From positions 6,758,001 to 6,822,000 of the forward strand of contig NW_026262637.1 in assembly GCF_021869535.1 (NCBI RefSeq): a DNA stretch of 64,000 nt, in the 5' to 3' direction. The stretch is from Mytilus californianus (taxonomy: Eukaryota). Position numbers and translations under genes: made by a program. Shown piece after piece: positions 35,739-47,300 of the stretch (position 1 is the first letter of the stretch; each line of letters begins with the position of its first letter). Under the pieces are notes generated by a model. The model was not told the DNA's origin and did no database searches. It worked only from the letters and a program-made list of their open reading frames with translations.

Positions 35739-38495
35739 ATGTCTTTTTTTAAAAAGCTTAGAGCTTTGAGTCTTAAAATAGTTAAAACCGAACATCATGT
35801 ATCAAATTTAAAAACTTATCTGTCTCAGGGTATTGTTCCGATGGGGCTTATTTTGAAAGCTTCACCCCTTACCACCGGTGAAAAATCTATCAGATTTATG
35901 GATAGATGGAATAATATTCTCCACAGTAGTTCCGTGAAATTGATGGATCTATTACACGCTGAAGCGTCTCATAAACATTTAAATTTACAAACTAGTTATA
36001 ACCATCTTTACAACAAATCATGCCAAGAACTTTCCGGTCCTGAATTGCTCACCATCAACGAGCGCCTCCATGACATCTTGCGCATTGAATCCCGGAAATT
36101 ACACAAAAAACAAATTAATAAATTTAAACGAGACGGCGTACTTTTAGACACTGTTGTAAGAGAGCAGACCACTTTAACTCTCAATCGTACCATCATAACC
36201 GGAAAAAAATCCCGGAATCGCCGATTCAGGAGAAAAAAACAAAGTTGCATGAACTCTACAAACACTGTAGTCAATTTGTCTTCAGTTGCTTTGTCGGAGA
36301 CCGAGACTAAGGTACTGTCAAAAGGTCTTAATTTTTGTCCCACGCCGGGCAAAATAGATTCTATACTTTTGGAGGATGACCTAGACAATTTAGCAAGATC
36401 CCTCAGAATCAAGGAATATTTTTCTAAGGACACCACAAAAAGTACCACTGATAGTGACACAAGTGATCTCGACTCAGATGACGACCAAGAGGATGTCGAT
36501 ATTCCCAGATTCAGGAAAAAAAGTTCATGGATTCCTAAACCCAGTAAATGTGCTACTTTAGAACATATTATTGACAAAATTAAATCCGACGTAACACATC
36601 TGTCCACTGCCACTTCCCAAACATTCAACAATTTATCGTCTGAAGAAAATGAAGCTGTGCGGCTACTTAAAAACAGAGACGACATTATAATAAAACCAGC
36701 AGATAAAGGTAGCGCTGTTGTCGTCATGGACAAATGTGACTACATTCAAGAGGCAGAACGTCAACTCTCTGATGAGAGATTTTATAAGAAATTAGACTCT
36801 GACCCCACCCCTCAATTCAACAAAGAGATCACCACAAACCTGAAAAACATGTGTGAAGAGGGACATATTGATGAAAACACATTTGAATATCTAAAACCTG
36901 AAAAATCAAAGCCTGGGCGTTTCTATCTTCTGCCCAAAATACATAAAGTCAATAATCCAGGTAGACCAATTGTTTCCGCCAATGACCACCCTACAGAGAA
37001 AATATCAGAATTTATTGACTTTCATCTGAGACCATATGTGGAAAATTTACCATCCTATATACAAGACACAACACATTATCTTAAGAAAATGGAATCTTTG
37101 AACCCTCTCCCACCTGAAACGATCCTTGTCTCGCTTGATGTTACCTCCCTCTATACTAACATCCCCCATGACGATGGTATTGAAGCCTGTAGGGAAGTCT
37201 GGAACTCTCGTAACACCTTACATCCACCGACTGAATGTCTCATCCAGCTTCTAACTTTGGTATTACAATGCAATAACTTCACATTCAATGGTGAACACTT
37301 TCTCCAAGTTAATGGAACAGCAATGGGAACAAAGATGGCCCCGTCTTATGCCAATATTTTTATGGGGAAATTAGAACAGAGAATTCTCAATTCTTCTCTT
37401 TATCAACCCCTCTCTTGGTTCCGATTTATCGATGATATTGACATGAAGTGGGATAATACTGAACAAGAACTAAATTTGTTCATTCAACATGCCAACGATG
37501 CCCATCCCTCAATAAAATTCACATATGAAATCTCTGACTCTAAGATCACATTTCTTGACACTACAACGCAAGTGAGGGATGGAAACATATTTACAGATCT
37601 GTATTGCAAGCCCACAGACAAACATCAATATCTATCTCCTTTGAGTTGTCACCCTAAACATTGCACCAAGAGCATTCCCTACAGCCAGGCCATACGAATA
37701 AAAAGGATTTGCTCCACCAACGATATTGCAAAAAAACGACTACAAGAACTTCGCGGTCACCTAAAACATCGGGGCTACAAAAGAAAAGACATTGATAAAG
37801 GTTTTTCTCGTGCTAACAACATCAGCCGAGATGAACTTTTACAATATAAAGTCAAAAAGGTCAACAGGAGGGTGCCTTTTGTGTTGACTTACCATCCAAA
37901 ATTTGACAACTTATCTCACCTAATCCGCGAAAATTGGAAAGAAATCGAAAAACATCCTAAACTATCCAAGATCTTTCCCGAGCCACCTGTACTGGCTTTC
38001 CGTAGGCCCAAAAGCCTTAAAGACTTGCTGGTGAGAGCTGATTTATCCTCTCAAGCAGGCTCTTCGTCTGTGGGCTCTTGCAAGGGTTGCGGAAACAAAC
38101 GATGTCTGACTTGCAAACAAATACTGGTTACCCAGACTTTTAACAGTCACTCCACTGGTACAGAATACACCATATTTTGCAATGTAAATTGCAAGACTAC
38201 AAATGTTGTGTATCTCCTACAGTGTAAATGTGGTAAACAGTATGTTGGCGAGTCAGAACAGCCGTTTCACAAACGAATGAATGGTCATCGTAGCGACTAC
38301 CAATGCAAGCCAGACCTCCCTCTCAGTCGACATTTGAGATCCCCTGGCCACACTAAGGCAGATCTCAATCGACTGACCATTACAATCATTGACCACAACT
38401 CTGCTTGGTCTAGGGAGGATAGACTCACTCGGGAAAGATTTTGGATAAGAAAATTAACAACTTTGGCACCAAATGGGATAAATGAAAAGATGTAG
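35739..38495 (+). CDS. PLE polyprotein: reverse transcriptase plus C-terminal GIY-YIG endonuclease, 918 aa, intact
   Basis: [34 protein letters not shown] and WFRFIDD (RT); Cys-rich linker [12 protein letters not shown], which points to the Neptune clade; [17 protein letters not shown]...RMNGH (GIY-YIG). Confidence 0.97.
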   Translation: MSFFKKLRALSLKIVKTEHHVSNLKTYLSQGIVPMGLILKASPLTTGEKSIRFMDRWNNILHSSSVKLMDLLHAEASHKHLNLQTSYNHLYNKSCQELSGPELLTINERLHDILRIESRKLHKKQINKFKRDGVLLDTVVREQTTLTLNRTIITGKKSRNRRFRRKKQSCMNSTNTVVNLSSVALSETETKVLSKGLNFCPTPGKIDSILLEDDLDNLARSLRIKEYFSKDTTKSTTDSDTSDLDSDDDQEDVDIPRFRKKSSWIPKPSKCATLEHIIDKIKSDVTHLSTATSQTFNNLSSEENEAVRLLKNRDDIIIKPADKGSAVVVMDKCDYIQEAERQLSDERFYKKLDSDPTPQFNKEITTNLKNMCEEGHIDENTFEYLKPEKSKPGRFYLLPKIHKVNNPGRPIVSANDHPTEKISEFIDFHLRPYVENLPSYIQDTTHYLKKMESLNPLPPETILVSLDVTSLYTNIPHDDGIEACREVWNSRNTLHPPTECLIQLLTLVLQCNNFTFNGEHFLQVNGTAMGTKMAPSYANIFMGKLEQRILNSSLYQPLSWFRFIDDIDMKWDNTEQELNLFIQHANDAHPSIKFTYEISDSKITFLDTTTQVRDGNIFTDLYCKPTDKHQYLSPLSCHPKHCTKSIPYSQAIRIKRICSTNDIAKKRLQELRGHLKHRGYKRKDIDKGFSRANNISRDELLQYKVKKVNRRVPFVLTYHPKFDNLSHLIRENWKEIEKHPKLSKIFPEPPVLAFRRPKSLKDLLVRADLSSQAGSSSVGSCKGCGNKRCLTCKQILVTQTFNSHSTGTEYTIFCNVNCKTTNVVYLLQCKCGKQYVGESEQPFHKRMNGHRSDYQCKPDLPLSRHLRSPGHTKADLNRLTITIIDHNSAWSREDRLTRERFWIRKLTTLAPNGINEKM

Positions 38496-39085
38496 TTCGA
38501 CTCCATGCAGTGCTTCACATTTGGGTTGTATTACTTTTTATTACAGTCTCTGTTTCTATTTCTTTACCTTACTCATCTCTAAAATAAATCTGTTGAATAT
38601 ACCAATTTAAATTGCTTAATTTTTTGAGGGATGTAAAAGTACCAAGCCACGTTCAACTAGTTAACCTTAGTCAAAATTTATTATTATATTTTAACGGCCG
38701 TTTGTTTGCGATGTTTAAATACGCAGACTCTGTTGCAACTACTCTACCGTTGTCAAATTTGAAATATTTACAAATTTAGATCGTTCAGTGCTGTTTATTT
38801 GGAATTCTTATTGACGCAATCGTTCTTGTAACATCATAACTGTCGTCACCGTTAAAGCTTTAGAATTGTGCTAGTTCATATCGCACATTATTATTTTTAT
38901 TTAAAGCATATATTTGAACTCTCTGTTGTAATTAGTCATATAACCTATGTCGTGTTTAACACATATTTAGAATTGTGCAAGCGTCTTACCTGATGTTCGG
39001 TTTGACATTTTTATTGTATAAATTTCAAGATTTGTATAGTTTAATCTAAGTAGACTGATATATGATTCATTCAACATCACAATCA

Positions 39086-39130
39086 TATTTACTGATGAAG
39101 GATATCTGTTATCCGAAATATTTATAAATA
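39086..39130 (+). ncRNA. Type I hammerhead ribozyme-like motif (3' copy)
   Basis: Identical to 35462-35506; CTGATGA at 39092-39098. Confidence 0.65.
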
Positions 39131-39327
39131 ATTACATTTATAGTTCCTTTTTTTGTTATTGGTGTTGTTGTGTACACTTTTTAGGCGTTTATATATATAT
39201 ATATATATACCTTGAAATTAATTTCAAATTGCAACTACCTTTCTCCCATAAAAGGGTATTATAAATGACTACATCATAATCTTGTTGACCAAAGGTATTT
39301 GCAATAATTATGATTTTATCTTTACAG

Positions 39328-39512
39328 GATCTACAGCAAACTCAACAAACAAATCATGGAATTATGAGAAGAGAGGATTTAGTTATTCTTCATTTGGAAC
39401 AGCAAACAATGGCATGAACTCTTATAATGGTACCCCAAACAGTACTAAAAACTCTCCACCATTTAGTCCGTTCGGCAATGCAAGGGGCAACCAAGATAGT
39501 TCATTATGGTGA
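39328..39512 (+). CDS. Terminal coding exon of host gene A: GSTANSTNKSWNYEKRGFSYSSFG...PPFSPFGNARGNQDSSLW*
   Basis: Acceptor TTTTATCTTTACAG, phase 1 matches the 30016 donor, TGA at 39510-39512, followed by AT-rich UTR-like sequence. Confidence 0.7.
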
Positions 39513-42500
39513 ACCATACATTTAGTAGCTTTAATATTGTCAGATAATCATTTCGGTTTACTTAAACATACTTCAGTGTACTTCTGACACCAAGTGTACC
39601 GAGTCATGTTGGCAGGTTTCTGCCTTGACATTACTACTACTATTCACTGTGCTAGTCGTAAAAAAGTGTTTTTTTTTAAAACATGTGCTATTTAAGAACT
39701 GGCTTAATGACTGGAGGTAAAACACAGAATAGTTGAATGGGCATTGGTTTGAAAGGCAATATGTTAACTTCTTCCCTGTTTGTAGTTACACATGATGGGT
39801 AACAGTTACTGTCTTACAGGATAATAATATTTTTATGCAGATAAAACCTGCAATAAATTGAAAATTGAAAGTTTCAGTAGCCTATTTCCAGTTATTTTAC
39901 ACATTCAATTTTTATTTTAGAAAATAGAAAGCTGTGATAGATCAATGATTAAATGAACTAACACAGAAAGTCAACTTTAATCTGTATACATTGTATTGCA
40001 AAGTTTCAACCTCCTTTCAGATGTTGCCAGTATTAATCAGTTATGTCTGAGACAATGCCAATCCCATAATGTAATACCCCTTTTGAATTGCTTCATTTTC
40101 ATCTATCTTGAATATATTTTAGGGTACTTATTTTTATGAGTTCCACATTAAAGAGGCAATCCACAAATGAATGTCCTATGAAAAACATGTAATTTTTTGG
40201 TTATATGAGTTATGATGGTGATATGATTCATTTTGATAAGCAACAAAAAAAGTTAAAATCATAAAATGAAGCACTCACCAAGAAATTTTGCCTGAACCAT
40301 GACTAGAAAATCACCAACCCTAATTATACATGTGTATTAGGTGTTTTTAAGATTTAATTTTTTTTGGGGTTTTTTGATAAAAGCTTTGTTAAAATAGAAA
40401 AGATACACAATTATAGTAGTTTAAAATCAAATGTTCAATAAGATGTATTGTCAAATTTTAAGTAGTGATTCCAAGTCTTGGACGTGATGTTTGCTTCGTT
40501 ACATATTGCCCATCTATTTATTTAGCTGACCTGTAGTGGACTGAAGTCCCTATTAGCTGTATTATATGCTTTTCATTTAGTTAAGCTTCAATTCTTCATT
40601 ACCTGGGTTCTGCTTAAATAAGGATAATAATTTTCATGTTTTTACTTTAGATAAAATTGATATTTTTTATTTGAGGATTGATATGCATCTAGATATTAGG
40701 AAAGAGATCTGATTTTTGTGTACAATGTTTGTTACATTCATTCTTAATATTTTACAGAGGACAATTTTAATGTCTTTCAACAATAACTACCCACCCTTGC
40801 CAAAACTCCATTGCTATGATTGAAAGTGCTATGCTCAAGACATGGGACTGATTCATAAAAAAAATATTTTTGAAACTAATGGCTAGTTCGTTTTTGTTTC
40901 AAAAGACCATGTTTTACAAAAATAGTCAGCCCTGGTATATCAAATGAAAAAAATATAAAGTTTGTGTACCCAATATTTGATGTTATCTGTTGACATGTGT
41001 GTTTTTAATGTATCAGTCCTATATTGTTAATATTTAAAATGAGTATAAATTAAGAAACTTCTTTACATGTTGAAGTGCTCAATAAAAACAAAACTTTATT
41101 CATTATCTTTGTTCTAACTTTGTCATGTAAGACAAGATTTTGAAACATAAGTTACAATTGTTCAAAGTTTGCAAGTTAAGTTTTAAAGTTTGTCTTCAAT
41201 AGTCACTGGAAATCTGGTTATATAATGAATAAAAATATTGTATTTGATATGATGATAGTGTAGGTAGATGATTATTTTTATTGTAATGAATAAATTATGA
41301 ATAACTATAGTGCATTTATTTTTCTTCTCAGTAGACATTCACTTGATGTGAAATATACTACTCATGACTTGCAATTATCTGTAATAGTTGCAATTATTTT
41401 ACGTGCATAATGTTGTTATTTCTGCTTTTTTGCATTTATTTCTTGTGTCTGAGAATAAAAGTTGTAATTTATTGATTTAAAATATTTTTAAAAATATTTT
41501 TTTATTAATATTAAATCTTTTTATTTCACAGGAACAATTTTCAGAAAGATGAATTTAAATCTTGTTTAAATTTTTGTTTTTAAATCATGATTTTTCAAAA
41601 GTATTAAAATAAATATAAAGATATCGAAATGTGTTAAAAATATTGCTGAATGATGTTAAATCTAGTAGATTTACTGATCAGATATTTAGAAAAAAAGATA
41701 TCCAAGTGCAAATGTGTAAAATTTTACATATAGTGACCTTCAAATAATTTTCTTCTTTTCAACAATGTCAAACTTATGTTGCTTTACATTAGTTTTGTGT
41801 TTAGGTGGTTTATTTCACGATATATATTTACGAATCAGTGGTCCCGTTCCTTTCACCAAAAAAACTGATAAGTCATTCTAAAATTTTCATGACTTCAGAG
41901 CAATTTTACTCTGACAAAAGATTTTTTGCATAATTTAGTTGCATTTGTTGAGTCTTAATTTGTTGTATTAAACTTAATTAAAGTTCTGTTGTAATTTTTG
42001 CATGAGTAGTAAAAAGAAAATAAAACAGAATTTTCAGTCAAATTTTAGTTATTTTATTTTAGTTGCATTTAGTTCCTATAATGAGACCATTTTCTTTTAT
42101 TATTTCTTGTTTTATGATAATTTCTAGCTTTATGCACTGCTATTAAACGTTAGCAATATCTATGAATTATTTAAGATGAAGATGTCCTATAGTACAGTAC
42201 TGTTACCAATATATCAGAACAATCGTTGATTTACTCAGAACATGGCATGATCATTTCATGCATGGAGCTTGTAGTTTTGCAAATGTAATGGTTTACAATG
42301 AAACTTTCTCTCAGCATTAGTTTTATACCAATTTTCATAGAAGTATTGTTGGAGATGATTTATTTTATCTTTATTTAAACCCATATGTGATTCACATTTC
42401 ATCTTGATATTAAAGATTTATTGTCCAGGCCAAATAAGTTTTTTGAGCATTTCATCAGTCCTATTTAACAGTAACTTGAGCCATAATAAGACCTTTACCA

Positions 42501-43879
42501 TAAGGACTGTATCTTTTATTATTGATATAATTGTTTAATATTGAGACAATTTAGCTTGGTATAAACAGGGAAGGGGAGATAATTCAAATGACTATCATTC
42601 TATTGAAAAGTTGCCAGGAACATAGTAAAAACTTTTTCGGATTCAAACAGCTTTAAAGGGTAAAGAAGGTTATGATATTTTTATTGAAATAGCCACAGCT
42701 TTCATAAACTACTTGATTTATTGTTACAATTTCAGGAAATGTTGCATATAAATAATACCATCAAAATTTGAAATGTGAGTTTCTTCTTTAGTGAAACTTC
42801 CTGTCACAATTTTTTCACAATAATATAAATGTCACAAAAACTTCTTAATTGAAAGATGTTACGTGAATAATCAACCAGTTTGTGACCTCAATATTGGAAT
42901 TTATGAAGTAAGGACTTCCTTATCAGTGTCCATTTCAAGAAAAAAGAATAAGAAAAAATCAAAATGCATAGAATAGTACAGAAAACAAGGAAAAAAGTAT
43001 CTGAACAGCTAACATTTGAAATGAAAGCTTTTTGCTGGTACAAACTCTTCATCACAATCTATATTTACCCAGATAGGATGGACTGGACCTCAAACTGTAA
43101 AGAATCTATAGCTTAAGATCACCTTCCCCTTGGTTAATAAGGATTTGAAAATTCATTACTTTGATAATTCAATGCTCTTTTTTTTGCCTGACAGTTATGT
43201 TTCCAAAGCTTAGCACTATTTGATATTTTAAACTGGGAAATAATTAGGCCTCATTTCTGAATAAAATGATACAATACAATTTTGTTTTATGTGAGAAAAA
43301 AAGAAGATAAAGATTGATTGTTTGCTTATGTCTAGTGGTAAATGTTTCATGCATTTTTAGGATGAGAAGATAATGAAAAGACTACAAGCAGAGTACTGTA
43401 ACAATAGCAGATATGGGTTTAAAATCCAGAAGTAAAAATATGACTCAAACATTTAACTGCAGTCATTCTAAACAATCTACAAACAAAACTGAATCCTCAT
43501 GCTACCTTCCAAATTAAAAAGGCAAATTTGTATACTATTTGTATAAAACTTTTCGTTTTAGAATGTTCAAGTCTCCAATAATTCATGTCTTTTATACAAT
43601 TGTATATGAGCGTCGATCAAGCACAATTATGTTCATTGTTATCGACATCATACTTTATAAGTTTTGTGTTTTGATAACTTTGCTAAGTACTAAGCTTTTC
43701 CTTCTATTAGGATTAAAAAACTCATCAAAGATACCAGTTTGATGATTTTGTAAACCAGTCACGCATTTCATCTTCAAAAGACTCATCAGTGACGCTCGAA
43801 TCAAGCTAAACGTAAGATCGACTAAGGTTATCCAATCAGAAAGAGTAAAACAATCAATAAGGCACTCACAATGCAGAAA

Positions 43880-44259
43880 GTTTTCTTAGTAATATCAGTT
43901 GATATCTTGTCATCAGAACAAGACACAAACTGTGAACTATTATGTGCAAAAGTAGATATAATCTGAGTAAAAGCTATCTATATTAGGGCTTATTACAAAC
44001 CACAAGAAAACGATACTGATAGTATCAATGAAATAAGTAGATTATTACAGAGAATACCAACACACAGTAATATTTGACTACTTTGAGATTTCAACCTCCC
44101 TAAATATGACTTGGTCAAACAAGAACTAAAACCCAATTGCAAATTCACAAATACATACAACAACTTTTTTTATATCATGAATGACCATAATCTTGAACAG
44201 GTGGTACATATACCAACAAGACAGGAAAACACACTAGATCTGTTGTACCTAAATCAGCC
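43880..44259 (+). pseudogene. Decayed LINE, APE endonuclease region (left part, interrupted by the TTAA transposon)
   Basis: NLEQVVHIPTRQENTLDLLYLNQP continues in frame after 51167 as LVQNIKTLPSLGTSDHDIV (APE C-terminal PTR..LD...SDH). Confidence 0.8.
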
Positions 44260-44363
44260 TTAAGGTGAGAGGTACGTAAATGAACGCCTCTAACGGAAAA
44301 CGGGAAAATTTGCGTTCGTTGTTATGAGAGTTATCCCCCTTACACCAGAAAAATATTTCCAAG

Positions 44364-47300
44364 ATGTCGGAAGATATTCCGCTTCGTCGGAAAAATGGTC
44401 AATTCGGTGGAAAAGTATTCAATTCTTCTCATCAAAATATAACAAAAAGTGTAGTTATTGTAAGTGAAATGTCTTGTCCGAGTGAAACATTGCTTCCCTC
44501 CCAAGAAAATGAAAGTAACTTGGCATGGCGTGATGGTCGAAGAGTGGTTGAGTTGGGGTTACTAGCTGACCAACTTAAAGCTTGCAAGGACTGCTATGCA
44601 CCATTATTTTTACACAACTGCTCAAAAGAACAAAGATACGGTCTCGGAAGTATTTTGTATATACCTTGTGGTAGCTGTCCCTACACAAACTTAATAAACA
44701 CTGGTAAACGGCACAGATCAGAGACTTCAAAAAAGGGAATGTTGATATGGGACGTGAATACAAAGTGTAGTATGGGTAAGAATATTACAAACACTTGCAT
44801 ATACACACAATAACAAATTAAAGCTCACACTAATACGTTGACTTTTTTTATTTTCATTCTAATTTTTGAAGTCGAAGACTCACACTTACAATATTGCATA
44901 CAAAGTCAAAGAGATAAATTCGTTTCTCAAAAGTAAAACAACTGTCAACGGTTGAAGGTATTCAACTCTTAACAAAAAAGAGGAAATACTCTTTTATATG
45001 CTTAATAATTATTATTCTTGATTTGACATTCGTGTTAGACAATCATTTTCTCACACAAATATAAACATTTGGATGTTCATACAAATAAAAAACCGTTGTT
45101 TACAGTGCTTTCTTTCACGTCCGCAATATGGTCTATAAATAGAAGTGGAAAGTGCTAGTACCGAGAGTGAAAAAAATAGGATTAAAACAAATAATTTTTA
45201 CTAAAAATATTGAACAAGAATTTTAAATTGTTGCGTGAAATGAAATTTACAAAATGTAATGTCGGAAATTACTTCCGAAGGGTAATTGAGCAAGAGAAAA
45301 GGAAAAGAAAATTGAATGCGAATCGAAATTGGGATGACATTGTGCACGGACAAACGGGAAGTAAAATGGTCTTTCAAAATAAACAAAAATTTATTACAAA
45401 AAAGTTTACACGTTTCTTTTAATTCAATTTGAAAGAAATATGATGAATAATGAGTTTCAAGCATGAAAATACGAGAAGGGAAAATTACGATTCCGCTGCA
45501 CGAAAATTATCCCTTACCGCCGCTTCAAAAATAAAATGATAAGCCAAGTTCATATAGTATACAGAAAATTCAGAAATTTGTGCGTGCATTGATTAATTTA
45601 TTTTGAAATAGGAAAAGTTATGTCACTAGTTATTGCGATTTCAGTAAAAAATGTATACAAATGTAGCAATTAGAATTTAGAATTAGAGGTTTTATTTTTT
45701 TTGCGATACGTATTTTTTAAGTACGAACATTTTATTAAAATGTCTTTCCAATAAACTTAAATTTTATTACATAAATCGGATATTTATGAAAGAAATCTTT
45801 GTTTAGCCTATTTAGATGCAGGAATGGGTCCACACCAGACAGTCAATTTCCTTGCTGGCATTAACATCCCCCCAATAGCAGTTAAGAATTTAAAGATAAG
45901 AGAAAGAGAAATCGGCAAATCCATAGAAAAATGTGCTGAAATGTCTTGTCAGAAAGCTCTACAAGAAGAAATAGATTTAAGCAGGTAATTCAAAATTTTA
46001 TATCTATTAAAAATAAGAAGATGTGGTATGATTGACATGCACTAAGACAACTCTCCACGATAGACATAATAGCACAAAATAACAACTGCATGTATAAGAC
46101 CGTAAGTCCTTCAATAATGAGAAAAACCCATATCGAATAGTCAGCCTCAAAAGGCCCCGAAATACTGTTAAACAATTCAAACGAGAAAAACTAACGGTCT
46201 GATTTATGTACAAAATAATAGACGAAAAACAAATATGTAACACAGCAACACACGACAACCACTGAATTACAGGCTTCTGACCTGGGACAAGCACATACAG
46301 AAGGTGGCGGGGTTAAACTTGTTTGAAGGCACTTACCCTTCCCAAAACTTGGGATAGTGGTGTCTCTAGTTTATAGTAATTAACCAATTTTAGAAAATGT
46401 CTTTATGAAGAAATAAATCATTGCAAATGGTGAACATCTAAAATTAAATCTTGAAGTGTCAATGGTTCAGTATTATGAAAAAATCAAACGAAATTCAGGC
46501 TTCTCCTCACAATCAATAATATATATAATGGATCCAGGCATCTCCTTACAATCAATAATATATATAATGGATCCAGGCATCTCCTCACAATCAATAATAT
46601 ATAAAATGGATGATAGTTTATAGATATATTGAAAACAAAGTTAATCTGATTGCCAGCTTGTAAGATTAAATAAACCTTGTTTATATAAACGGCCCATTAA
46701 CAAGAATCATATATTTTTAGAGATGAAGATGATCATTCAAATGGAACTTCAATAACAGTTTCTTTTGATGGTGCTTGGCAGAAAAGAGGAAGTGGAAGAA
46801 GCTACAGTAGCTTGACAGGTATACCTATATGCACTGGAAAACGATAAATAGCTAAAACAGAGCCCACTCCTCACACCCGAAAAAACGCTTCTTATTTGGT
46901 TAATGATTTTTTATGCCTAGAGGCTAGCCAAAGGGGGAATTAAGTGTTACCCTTGACCGTCCTTCCGTCCGTCCCATTTTTGTTTTCACAATCTTCTCAC
47001 CCACATTTAATAAAAGTAATCCTCAATGTTGAACACAACAATTTGCAGACATGCAGGGTTCAAATTTAGGCAGTGAGCCGCTTACTATTCTAGAGTTATG
47101 CCCCCTTTTAAATGGGAAAATTGTAAATGTTTTCGTTTCCCCACTCTATCTTACGTTTGCCTCATGTAAATTTTATGAATCTCATAAACATTACTGAGAA
47201 CCACAAATATTTCAAAGCTTTGGGTGGGGGCATTTGTGTACCCAGACAAATTCTTCTTTTCATTTTTGATATATATTTTTCAATAAGAATGCTGTTATAA

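Larger units (their letters stand above)
31346..39195 (+). mobile_element. Young composite Penelope-like element (Neptune-type): inverted copy + partial tandem copy + full-length copy
   Basis: Near-identical segments with a tandem period of 3624 bp, flanked by (TA)13 on the left and about (AT)9 on the right. Confidence 0.95.

Noticed and set aside
36008-36733. 241-aa antisense ORF in the PLE, and the 73-aa MKHCMESNY ORFs
   Set aside because: Shadow frames of the PLE coding strand with no independent motif.
39513-43800. Short ORFs, or additional features in the AT-rich stretch after host gene A
   Set aside because: No coding signature, TIR/TSD pairs or tandem structure found. It is consistent with 3' UTR and intergenic DNA, and several AATAAA sites cannot be ranked.
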